A stretch of DNA of 64,000 nucleotides, taken from Schmidtea polychroa. Lineage: Eukaryota. A program made the position numbers and the translations under genes. The notes below the pieces were generated by a model, which worked only from the letters and a program-made list of their open reading frames with translations, was not told where the DNA came from and ran no database searches. The stretch lies in the NCBI GenBank assembly GCA_044892525.1, contig CM097885.1, forward strand, positions 36,520,001-36,584,000, written 5' to 3'. Shown here piece by piece: positions 40,960 to 50,601 of the stretch (positions are counted from its first letter, which is position 1; each line of letters starts with the position of its first letter).

Positions 40960-42301
40960 TTAACTATTGTAGATGCACATTGCAAACTACAAGGATTTTA
41001 TAACTATAATTTTGTAATCACTTTTTTAAATACTTTGATTATATTTCAAAAAACATAGTATTTTCTTCATAATTTTCGTCATATTTTCATCATTTTCATC
41101 ATAATTTTGGTCATATTTTCATCATAATTTTGGTCATATTTTCATCATAATTTTGGTCATAAATCATTTTCATTTTGTTCATAAATTTTCGTCATTATTT
41201 CATAATAAATCATAATTTTGGTCATAAATCATTTTCATCATAATTTTCTTCATAATTTGGGCATAAATCATTTTCTTCGTAAATCATAAATCATAAATCA
41301 TCATAATTTGGGCATAAATCATAAATCATCATAATTTGGGCATAAATCATTTTCATCATAATTTGGGCATAAATCATAAATCATCATAATTTGGGTATAA
41401 ATCATTTTCTTCATAATTTGGGCATAAATCATTTTCTTCATAATTTGGCCATAAATCATTTTCTTCATAATTTGGGCATAAATCATTTTCTTCATAAATT
41501 CATAATTCATTTTCTTCATAAGTTTGATCATAAGGTTCATCAAAATATTTAAGAAATTTTCATCAAAAATTAAAGAAATTTTCATCATAATATTTAAAAA
41601 AGTGTTTACGAAATTTTAATATCAAAAAATATATATATAAATAAATATATCTTACATTGTGATTCAATGTCAGAATCATCCTCCGAAGAGTCATGAAGAA
41701 TTCGGTCCACCACATCAGAAGACTCATTTTCCGATACCTTTGAAGAGTCATTTTCCATAAAATCTTCCATACTATTATTATTTTCGTCTTCATCGATGTC
41801 GACATTGAAATAAGGGGCATTAAACGCTAAAAAATAAAATTTTTAAAAATAAATTACTAAAGTAAAATAAATTTACTTTTTTCTTTGATAACCTTTTTTT
41901 GCCCAACATCAATAACTGGGGCAGCCGTTTGACCAAGAAAAACGACATCATCGTCGCTATTTTCATTAATAACATCATTTTCTGTAATGAAAAAAAATTA
42001 CTTTAATAAAAATTAAAATAAATTTACCTCTTTCTTTGAAAACGGTGGCATCACTTTGTCCAATAAAGATTACATCTTCATTTTCATTTTCTGTAATGAA
42101 AATTAATTTAATAAAAAATTAAAATATTAAATTTACCAAAGATATTTTCCACATTTAAAATGGCATCGTTTTCGGTAACTTCATACCAGTCGAACGGTTC
42201 TAAAATAAAATATAATAAAAATCGAATAAAAATAATAATAATTTACCGTTAGTCAAAAGACCTCTCAATACTCGATTATTATTATTATTGTTGGTTTCCA
42301 T
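36397..42301 (-). CDS. polB: Protein-primed family B DNA polymerase, predicted 6 exons, ~1501 aa
   Basis: Exo motifs YADFES, FHNLRGYD, YLKLDV; pol motifs YIDINNLYG, KLYNNSLYGK, GDTDS; EndoVII-like finger CYLC..RDHCHFTG..AACRKCN. Exons 42301-42247, 42199-42137, 42090-42028, 41981-41877, 41826-41656, 40445-36397, all phase-1 GT-AG; joining of the upstream exons is inferred. Confidence 0.93.
40506..40579. repeat. Perfect 28-bp inverted repeat with an 18-nt loop
   Basis: TCTATAAGGATTTATCATCATTTGTTAT (40506-40533) / ATAACAAATGATGATAAATCCTTATAGA (40552-40579). Confidence 0.93.
41060..41590. repeat. Degenerate ~27-bp minisatellite in predicted polB intron 5
   Basis: Repeats of TCATAATTTGGGCATAAATCATTTTC(T/A). 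Confidence 0.85.
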
Positions 42302-42786
42302 TTTGTTTTTTTTCAAATTGATTTTCAAATTGATTTTCAAAATTTCAAAATAATTGTGACAAATTTTAGATTTGTCAATGTTTATAAAGAGAATGAATAT
42401 TTTCCTGTCCCAGCCAATGAGAATATAGACACACACACATATACATTGAATATTTTACTCTCTCAACCAATCACACGCATGCATGTATGTAATGTAAATC
42501 AGTCAGAATTACATGTGACTGCCTTTGTTAGTCATGCCTTTGTTAACTTGCACTGTGCATGCCTCATGCAAAGGCAGTCTTTATGTTACAAATAATAATA
42601 TTTATTAGAATAATAATAAAATTAATTAAAAATAATAATATTTTTCACAATAATAATAATATTAATAATATTAATAATATTAATAATAATAATAATAATA
42701 TTAATAATAATAATATTAATAATAATAACACAACAACAAAGGAAAGGATACATTTATTAAACATCAAATTTATTAAACATTTTTCT

Positions 42787-43198
42787 TTAAACATCAAATT
42801 TTTTGTACAATAACCAAGCTAAACAATGTTGACCGCATGTTTGGGTCAAAGGATTTTGAAACATAGTTTTATTATACACAATAGGTTTCCCCATTGTTTG
42901 TAGTTTTGATATCAACAAAGCTGGGTAATAGAAACCCATAGGATCGAACACGAATATATTACCAGGTTTCACATATATAGCTATCCAATGTTCTCCACCA
43001 AGATGAGACGATTGAGTATTGACGATTATTGCTTGATTATTGCTCAAATATGGAATTTTATCAAGAGGAAAAACTCCAACAAATTCATTTCCCAATATCT
43101 GTTTTCCGATTTTATTGACCTGAACAGAACTATTTAAATAAATCCAGAGTATAAAAAACAACTTACTCCATGATAACTTTTTGTGTTTCTGTATACAT
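42787..43198 (-). CDS. Adenain-like cysteine maturation protease, 2 exons
   Basis: His-Asp-Cys motifs GEHWIA, FDPMG, QNPLTQTCGQHC. A 37-bp intron 43166-43130 (gtaagt...ttaaatag) yields MDSVQVNKIGKQILGNEFVGVFPLD; start at 43198 or 43171. Confidence 0.92.
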
Positions 43199-44419
43199 TT
43201 ATACCAACACTGTTCTATTTGCAGTAATTTGAACTTCATTTTCAAATACTCCATATATTATAACATGTACTGGTTCAGTAATAGCTTTTGCAAACTTTAT
43301 ATCCAGTCGTAAATTTCCATTTTGAGGTAATTGACTTTGATTTAAATCAAAATCAGGGGCTAAAACAAATGTAAAAAATGGGTATATGCTTTTAAAATCT
43401 TCTAGTGTTATTCCGCAATTCAAATTTTTATCTAAATAACCCAGATTTCTAACAATACTCTGCATATATGTCGCGCAGTAATTGTCATTCTCGAAATCTT
43501 GAATATATGTTTCTCTATAATCAGTATTTTTCGACAAAGTCAATGATGTAACACCAAAGTTTTTGAAAATTGAGCTGGACGCAGTATATGATCCATTATA
43601 TTGTGCTTCACTTTGAAATGTTATCAGAATAAAATTAGGCATTCTTCTGTCACCAAATATTTGTTCTTTATAGAATGATGAAGCACCTTTAGCAATAGCA
43701 AATTGTACAATTTCCTTTGTTTTTAATGGATAAATTGCATGTTTTGAATTAAGACCCAATTGATGACCTGCTAATACTGAAGGGTCTACTCGAACTCTTC
43801 TCACCAATAATTTTGCATCAACTAATTGACATATTGGTGCAGTAGTTGCACTAGTAAGAGATAATGCAGAATCAGACCTTTTCAATCTAATATGTACATT
43901 AACTCCCGGTAGTAAATATTTCGGTTGATCCATAAAATCAAGTTGTAATGATGAGCACATGGTGAAAACCTTTGAGCCTTTTACCCACTTTTTTCTTTCA
44001 TCATCACTGCCATAACCCATAGGAGTAAGACATGTATTTTTAGTATCGGAATTGTAATTTAAAATAGTTTCTATTAATGCCTTGTGAATGAATGTATTAT
44101 TTCCGCCCTCAATCTTGATATTATTAAATCCCAACACTGCATCTTTAAAAAGAGTATGAAACAGGAAATTGTTCGGTATTACATCTGCATTGGCATCCAA
44201 AACTTTTCTATCTTTATCTACAACCTTAATCTGAACAGTCAATAAAGTATCGTTCAAATCTAAATATTCGGTTTGTGAACCATTAATATAAAACTCGATA
44301 TCGTTTCTACTATCTGTAATTGAATTCATAGGAAAAACTTCCTCAAATGCCCCAAATTCTATTACAGCCTGGGGCGATGGTCTATCAAATATACATAATT
44401 CGGATTTACCACAAATCAT
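43199..44419 (-). CDS. Major capsid protein (double jelly-roll, PY-like)
   Basis: 406 aa; N-terminus KSELCIF..P.Q..IEFYING..EYLDLNDTLL typical of Maverick capsid proteins; lies between the PW-like gene and the protease. Confidence 0.88.
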   Translation of the reverse strand: MICGKSELCIFDRPSPQAVIEFGAFEEVFPMNSITDSRNDIEFYINGSQTEYLDLNDTLLTVQIKVVDKDRKVLDANADVIPNNFLFHTLFKDAVLGFNNIKIEGGNNTFIHKALIETILNYNSDTKNTCLTPMGYGSDDERKKWVKGSKVFTMCSSLQLDFMDQPKYLLPGVNVHIRLKRSDSALSLTSATTAPICQLVDAKLLVRRVRVDPSVLAGHQLGLNSKHAIYPLKTKEIVQFAIAKGASSFYKEQIFGDRRMPNFILITFQSEAQYNGSYTASSSIFKNFGVTSLTLSKNTDYRETYIQDFENDNYCATYMQSIVRNLGYLDKNLNCGITLEDFKSIYPFFTFVLAPDFDLNQSQLPQNGNLRLDIKFAKAITEPVHVIIYGVFENEVQITANRTVLV

Positions 44420-44787
44420 TTTGCAAATATAGTTCCATGTCCTTTCATTCGTTTGTTTATACGTGATATTCCATGTCTTTTACGTTTTGGAGCATGAGCT
44501 GGAGCTGGAGCTGGAGCAGGTTTTTGAAACATACCTGCAACCCCGGGTAAAACTTTCCCTAATTCTGCTAAAGCATTTGTTTTTAGAGATGGTAATATTT
44601 TCTGTTCATTCATAATAACATCTTTTGCAGTTTTCATACCAAAACTACCGATACGTTTAAGAATAGGCAATGCAAATCTACCAATTGTTCTCAACCATCC
44701 TGATCCGTACTGTTTACCAATAAAATATGGTAAATCACCACCAGATTGGCTACCACTATACATACTAATAATATCAGAATTAGCCAT
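44416..44787 (-). CDS. PW-like small virion protein (putative membrane-lytic/core protein)
   Basis: QSGG and QYGSG motifs followed by amphipathic WLRTIGRFALPILKRIG; basic C-terminus; conserved position between mCP and MCP. Confidence 0.75.
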   Translation of the reverse strand: MANSDIISMYSGSQSGGDLPYFIGKQYGSGWLRTIGRFALPILKRIGSFGMKTAKDVIMNEQKILPSLKTNALAELGKVLPGVAGMFQKPAPAPAPAHAPKRKRHGISRINKRMKGHGTIFAK

Positions 44788-45847
44788 TTATTTTACGAAA
44801 ATGTAATGTCAAATGAGTTTTTGAACCTTTTGGAAATTCGATTAATTGACCAGAATCATCTCTTATATTTATTTCTATATTGTTTATACAAGATGTTGAA
44901 ACAGGTAAATACATGGGATTTTCTACATTGATTTGTACAACTTCATCTTGATCATGTTTTTCAATCCATATAGATTTCATTAAAGGAACACTAGAATCAC
45001 CAACAATAACTGGTTCCACGATATTACTGTAAATGAACATTTGCTGATGATGTTTAAGGATTTTCGGTTTGTTTGTTCCTTCACAAATTTGTTCATTTTG
45101 TGTACATATTGGTTTAGTCAATCCTAATGTTTTTGTCAAATTTGAGTCAAATTTAACTTGACTAAGATTAGAATTTATACTAAATCTAAATACTTTATCT
45201 TTTTGAAGCTCAAAAACTGTTAAAATATCGCTACAATTGTCACCTAAATAAGTTTGTAATTGTTCGAGGTCTGTAATATATAAATTATCTTTAAAAGTAT
45301 ATGCATGCTCTGTTATTTCAAAGTATGATAGCTTAAATTTGAATTCAACTAAATTATTAGTTTTCGGAAGTGTAGAGAGATTTATTTTGACTGTATCATT
45401 AAATACATTACGTAAATCGGTAAATCCAAGACGTTTAGCATCAGCCACTGTAGAAAATATAATTTCGAATGGCTTATTCAAGCAATTCATGTATAAATAT
45501 TGACCATCATCATAAATTATAGGTTTCCTTGATTTCGATGAACTCGTCAAGTTATAATTATCTTTATCAATAAGAACACTAATATATTCCGTTACTGCTA
45601 CTTTCTTATTATATTCAATAACAGATTTGCTATAGATTGGGAATAAATTGTATACAAATGTAAAATCCAACAGAGCAACTTCCCAGTCATTATCCAAATA
45701 GATAGGGTTTTGGAGTTCGATGATGAATTTGCTTGCTTGATTTTCTGGATGAATTAATGGACAACTATTGCTCGGCAAAATAGTATAAAAATTCACTTTA
45801 CTATGTCTTTTGCTGATATCCATGACGGGTTTTGATAACCATGCCAT
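44780..45847 (-). CDS. Minor capsid protein (penton, PX-like); start codon uncertain
   Basis: FYTILPSNS..P.N..SKF...L.NPIYL...WEVAL N-terminus; FIYSNIVEPVIVGD..PLM and IEINIRDDSG..LTLHFR C-terminus. Confidence 0.88.
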   Translation of the reverse strand: MAWLSKPVMDISKRHSKVNFYTILPSNSCPLIHPENQASKFIIELQNPIYLDNDWEVALLDFTFVYNLFPIYSKSVIEYNKKVAVTEYISVLIDKDNYNLTSSSKSRKPIIYDDGQYLYMNCLNKPFEIIFSTVADAKRLGFTDLRNVFNDTVKINLSTLPKTNNLVEFKFKLSYFEITEHAYTFKDNLYITDLEQLQTYLGDNCSDILTVFELQKDKVFRFSINSNLSQVKFDSNLTKTLGLTKPICTQNEQICEGTNKPKILKHHQQMFIYSNIVEPVIVGDSSVPLMKSIWIEKHDQDEVVQINVENPMYLPVSTSCINNIEINIRDDSGQLIEFPKGSKTHLTLHFRKING

Positions 45848-46425
45848 TTGAAATAGTATTGTTTATCCTTACCGACCTTTTTAGTTTTCAATATTTTTTG
45901 AATTCTAAATACTTTTGGGGGAGGAATGACTTGTAATTCCTGCTCATAAAATTTCCCCTGTACAATATTATTATCATTGTCTTTGATGACATACATTACA
46001 GGATTCTGTTTAGTATTTATTTTTGAAATTACAAAGACTTCATCACTCCAATTTGTATCAAAATTTTTAATAAATGGTGATGCACTAATTTTACTAATTC
46101 TAACATGGTCACCGACTTTATATTTAGGTTTTGTAATTTTTACAGATTTCTTAGAAGTCAATGATGTTTTTGATGTAATATCAACCGGTCTCAATCCATT
46201 CAGTCCTCGATGTGATGAATGATTATAACTTGTTATTATTTTCGGTAAAGCATTTACCCATTTTTTATTACCTTGATGCACGAACAATTTCTTTAATCGA
46301 TCTCTCAATGTTCGATTAAATCTTTCAACATGGGCAGCTTTGTATTGAGAATGTACCGAGTAGTGATTTATTTTCAGTTTATCGAGGATTTGCTTAACTT
46401 TGCTATTGTAGAATTCTTTACCTAA

Positions 46426-46504
<79 letters not shown>

Positions 46505-46893
46505 TCTAAATCTGTTTGCAAGTTATTAGGATGTCCATCTTTAAATAAAATATTAATTGCCTTGGACATTTCTTCTGCAGATTTTGCTTTGACCGGTATT
46601 GCTCGTGCAAACCTGCTGTATACATTAATACATGTTAAAATATATTTATTCCCATTGTTAATTTTCGAATATGGTATCATCTCCATCAAATCCATTTGCC
46701 ATAAATCGTCAATACCAAATGTTTTATACGCTCTTGTTGGAAATCTTTTCCGCATTGGTTTGTTCAAACTGTACGCAAGCTGATCTGATAACCACTTCTG
46801 GGTTTCTTTTTTCGAATTCGGAACTCTTTTGTTTAGTTTTGCCACTCCACCGAAACCGGCTTCGTCTTCCGGGTTCGTCCAAATCTTCTCCAT
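45793..46893 (-). CDS. Retroviral-like DDE integrase with C-terminal chromodomain; 84-bp (ATT)n intron-like insert
   Basis: WQMDL, LQTDL/GKEF, VERFNRTL; chromodomain KILK..YYFKWHGY..SWI. Insert 46505-46422 splits QTDL from GKEF. Confidence 0.93.
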
Positions 46894-46951
46894 TACAACA
46901 AGAAGATTTAAAATTAAATTTAATGTCGGGCAATGAAGGATTAGCACCCAT
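46724..46951 (-). CDS. Small ORF with N-myristoylation signal and a Cys pair, overprinting the integrase 5' end
   Basis: MGANPS (G2, S6), SSCC at residues 16-19; ATG context ACAATGG, 3 nt after the upstream stop. Confidence 0.55.
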   Translation of the reverse strand: MGANPSLPDIKFNFKSSCCNGEDLDEPGRRSRFRWSGKTKQKSSEFEKRNPEVVIRSACVQFEQTNAEKISNKSV

Positions 46952-46954
46952 TGT

Positions 46955-47497
46955 TTATGATTGATTTCCTACAACTCCACCTAATAATGATAATGCCAGA
47001 GGTATCAAGGCACCAATAAATCCACCTTGTTGTTTATATATAATTTTCCTCATTTGCTTACGATTTTTATTATTTACTAAAGATAATAAAGGTTTCCTAT
47101 GTTTGCTCAATAAATGCTTTTTTGATTTACTGATTTTAATTTTGCCTTTGACTACTTTAAGTATAATATTGAGTAAATCATCGACAACAAAATTTGGGAA
47201 TGATTGCAATATATTCATTCTTTTCATACTCGGAGCCTTTAACAATGCATTAAAAAATGGAAAACTGCGATGATTTTTAACTACTTTTTTACCGGTTTTA
47301 CGGGTTTTACGGGTTTTACGGGTTTTACGTTTAGGTTTAGGATTTTTCGAAATAAGATTCATTGCAGAGAAATTTTCAGTTACAAGTTTTTTAGATGGTG
47401 TATAACTAGTTGTTGGTGGAACTTTTGGAACTTTAATAGTCTTTCTAATACCTTTTCTTAATTTCCTAATATTTTTCACCCTTGCTTTTAGAAACAT
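46955..47497 (-). CDS. Highly basic virion core-like protein with C-terminal hydrophobic peptide
   Basis: K/R-rich with RKT repeats; ends YKQQGGFIGALIPLALSLLGGVVGNQS; directly downstream of the ATPase. Confidence 0.8.
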   Translation of the reverse strand: MFLKARVKNIRKLRKGIRKTIKVPKVPPTTSYTPSKKLVTENFSAMNLISKNPKPKRKTRKTRKTRKTGKKVVKNHRSFPFFNALLKAPSMKRMNILQSFPNFVVDDLLNIILKVVKGKIKISKSKKHLLSKHRKPLLSLVNNKNRKQMRKIIYKQQGGFIGALIPLALSLLGGVVGNQS

Positions 47498-47515
47498 TAT
47501 TATTCATAGAGGTTT

Positions 47516-48142
47516 TCAACTTTGTTTATAAACCATGGCACCTTTTGGGTTGAAAATATCTGTTTTTACACGTAAATCATCGGGACATTGTTGTGTGAAA
47601 TCAAGAAATATATATCCATGAGGTATTTTTGTAGCATCTTGAAATGCACTGATAAGAAAATTACGATTGTTAGGGTATGCTTGACGTGCAAGAAAATCAA
47701 TCACTGTTGCATCTCTAGGATTCTTGAAAATAACTAAATACTGTACATTTAAATTACGTGTTCGATGTGCCCCACCTTGATGAAATAGATTTTGTGTTAT
47801 GAAAATAACTGTTACACCGACATGTCTGCTAATCTTTGTAAATAAATTATTAAAATCTTTTTCTTTATTAGCTTCTTGATACAAATCATCGATAATAATG
47901 ACATCGCCTTTCTTTAATCGGCTGGACCAGTTTTTATCGAATCCCTTTACTATTTTCATGTTTTTTAATTTACAGAAACTTGATTGAGTTAATCCATGTT
48001 CTTCATCAGCACCCCTATGCCAATAAATCCTGTTGAATTTTGATTTGAATAAATTGGATTTTAGTAATTTACAAACAAATAATGTTTTTCCACTACCACT
48101 CGGACCAACGATTTGGTATACTGCATCATTTCTTAATTCCAT
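47516..48142 (-). CDS. FtsK/A32-like genome-packaging ATPase
   Basis: Walker A GPSGSGKT, Walker B VIIIDDL, SRH arginine finger, FITQNLF. Confidence 0.95.
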   Translation of the reverse strand: MELRNDAVYQIVGPSGSGKTLFVCKLLKSNLFKSKFNRIYWHRGADEEHGLTQSSFCKLKNMKIVKGFDKNWSSRLKKGDVIIIDDLYQEANKEKDFNNLFTKISRHVGVTVIFITQNLFHQGGAHRTRNLNVQYLVIFKNPRDATVIDFLARQAYPNNRNFLISAFQDATKIPHGYIFLDFTQQCPDDLRVKTDIFNPKGAMVYKQS

Positions 48143-48241
48143 TTCAAATATTTTATAAATGTGTATTTGTTTATATTCGATGATTTAATGAACTCGTGCT
48201 CAATTTGTATATAAAGACTAATTTTCATAAATGATTTAATA

Positions 48242-48679
48242 ATGTTAGCAAATATAAATTATCGAGGAAATTTTGATGTATCGAATATGAGGTTCCCACC
48301 AGGGAAACCCCAGCAAATTATCGATAGAAGTGGGAAATATCCGATAATATTTTTCAAGACTGGTAAATGCAGAATCATGGGATGTAAGAAACCTTTGGAT
48401 ATTAATAAATTACAATATCGAATAAATAATATTAAAATCCAATCAATTACCGTTACTATGGATATGGGACATAGTATCAATCTATATAACATGTCGAAAA
48501 AATGTGATTGTATGTTTGAACCGGAATTGTTTCCGGCACTAAGACTATTAAAATATAACCCTATATGTGTCAACGTGTTTGCTAGTGGAAAGGTTGTCAT
48601 GTTGGGGTTGAGAAATTTGGAGTATAGAGAATTTGTTGACAATGTTCGAAATGAGATAATTTCATTGGTCGATTTCTAA
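48242..48679 (+). CDS. TATA-binding-protein-like protein (145 aa)
   Basis: Two TBP-type repeats: IIFFKTGKCRIMG and FEPELFPAL...VNVFASGKVVMLG (compare TBP YEPELFPGL...LIFVSGKVVLTG). Confidence 0.9.
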   Translation: MLANINYRGNFDVSNMRFPPGKPQQIIDRSGKYPIIFFKTGKCRIMGCKKPLDINKLQYRINNIKIQSITVTMDMGHSINLYNMSKKCDCMFEPELFPALRLLKYNPICVNVFASGKVVMLGLRNLEYREFVDNVRNEIISLVDF

Positions 48680-48753
48680 TTGGTTAATTTCTAATTGGTT
48701 ATTGATTGATTTAAACAAACGGTTTTTTGTTTAGAATTCATTTTTTCAACACT

Positions 48754-49168
48754 ATGTACAAATTACCAAGTTCTGCAACCCTCATGAAAGATATCGACGA
48801 TTCCGGTAAATTTAAAATTTTTATTTTCACATTATTTACTATTTATTATTTTAGAGAAATATTTAGAAGTTATGATAAAAAGGATAAAATATTATTATCC
48901 TCAAATTATTGAAATTATCAAGGATCGCGAACCTGAGATCATTCCAGATCTGATATTCTATGCGACTCAAATTCGAATCATGGATGTATTTCACCAGTTT
49001 CTGTGGGATATAAAGATTAACAGAACCATCAAACAAATGGAGCCAGAGTACCAGTGCATCATCGGATGCTCATGTTGCGCCGATCGATATCGGCGATATG
49101 TCGAATGGGAGTTAGTGAAAACTCTGAGAAGGTTTCACTACTCCCGGATTGTAGATTTGGGTTATTAA
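48754..49168 (+). CDS. Hypothetical protein, 2 exons, ~121 aa, CxxGCxCC motif
   Basis: Exon 1 48754-48805, 49-bp GT-AG intron 48806-48854, exon 2 48855-49168 in frame; AATAAA overlaps the stop. Confidence 0.75.
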
Positions 49169-49240
49169 TAAATGTATTTTTTATTGTGTTTTATCTTTTT
49201 TTATTGTGTTTTATTGTGTTTTATATTTGAAATAATAATA

Positions 49241-49285
<45 letters not shown>

Positions 49286-49591
49286 GAAATAATAATAGTA
49301 ATAATAATAATAGTAATAATAATAGTAATAGAAATATGAATAGTAATAATAGTAAAAACATTAATAATAATGAAACATATTAATAATAAATCTGTACATA
49401 TATCAAAACATGTAATAATTTAAACATTAATAATAAATCTGTAAATAGAACATGTGACAATGCAACATCAATGCAACATCAATGCATTTTGAATGCAATT
49501 TAAACAAAGACATGCTATAATCTGATTGGTTGATAGGCATGAGTCAAAGGTATAAAAACCCTGTAACATTTAAATTTATTCATTATTCACG

Positions 49592-50002
49592 ATGACCAAG
49601 AAAATTTCAAGCACCGAAAAACCTAAAGAAATGGTACAACCAGTTCAAATGTTCCACAACTACAAAATGTATTTTTTGAAAGAAGAAATCAATATGAAAT
49701 TGGTTGCACCAGTCAAGCTAATTCCAACTAAATTTGAATTCTTATCCGGCACGCTTTCAATGATTGATGTCAAAACTATTGACGATGTTTTTAAACGGAT
49801 AGATTCGAATCTATCATGTAATCAACATGCATGGTTCAATAATAGATATGCAAGATTTTATGATTCCTTTGATGAAATCGCTTTCAAAGAAAATGAAAAT
49901 TGGTATATAACAATTGCAATCCAGGGATATAAAGTTGATAATAATGATGTATATTCTCCTATTTGGAAAATTATGTCTGCTAGACTTTCACAAATATTTT
50001 AA
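49592..50002 (+). CDS. Hypothetical Maverick protein (136 aa)
   Basis: CCAAT and TATA promoter motifs, poly(A) signal, and a diverged homolog at 32255-32665 showing protein-level conservation. Confidence 0.85.
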   Translation: MTKKISSTEKPKEMVQPVQMFHNYKMYFLKEEINMKLVAPVKLIPTKFEFLSGTLSMIDVKTIDDVFKRIDSNLSCNQHAWFNNRYARFYDSFDEIAFKENENWYITIAIQGYKVDNNDVYSPIWKIMSARLSQIF

Positions 50003-50128
50003 TGTTATATTTAATAAATGTATTAGTCAGATTTGTTTTTCTCTTTATTAATTGCAACATAAATGCAAATGACATGCAAATTTAACAAAGAAAATCTATA
50101 AACAAACTTATAATTTAGTTTTAAAGTG

Positions 50129-50518
50129 ATGAAAATGACTGTAGAAAAAGGTTAACATGATTAATTAATTAATTACCGAATTATTTATTATTTAGAATTT
50201 TTAATCAACTTTTTGTTGGAAAAGTTAGCAGAAATATCTGGTGTGAAAATGGAGGATATATTATCTATTACAAATGCCTTAAATATCGGCTGGTTAGTTG
50301 AGAGTCAAGATACAGGATTTGATGATGAGGAAGAAACTCAAGAAATTGATGAGGAAGAAACTCAAGAGGAAATCTATGAACCTATAGAGGAACCTATAGA
50401 GGAACCTATAGAGGAACCTAAAGATGAATCTAAAGATAATATTACGAATGATTGTATTGATCATGTCGTTGAAAATATAATGAAATGTGGAGATGACGAC
50501 TGCGAATGTGTTAATTAA
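50129..50518 (+). CDS. Hypothetical acidic protein, 2 exons, ~114 aa
   Basis: Exon 1 50129-50150, 45-bp intron 50151-50195, exon 2 50196-50518; EEETQE and EEPI repeats. Confidence 0.7.
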
Positions 50519-50601
50519 TAAATCTTAGTTAATTAGTGTTTGTAAATTTATTTAAAATGTTATTTAAAAATTTATTTAAAAATCAAACAAAAATAACTAT
50601 A

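Noticed and set aside
41319..41820. ORFs 41319-41588 and 41563-41820 as independent genes
   Set aside because: The first is a minisatellite translation; the second is an alternative frame of polB exon 5 running into the intron.
43199..43254. Protease start at 43254 as in the ORF track
   Set aside because: It overlaps the MCP end; a 37-bp intron gives a more typical MDSVQVN N-terminus.
48259..48642. 127-aa antisense ORF (also 38449-38688, 39818-40273, 45977-46222)
   Set aside because: Shadow frames of real genes on the opposite strand with no motifs.
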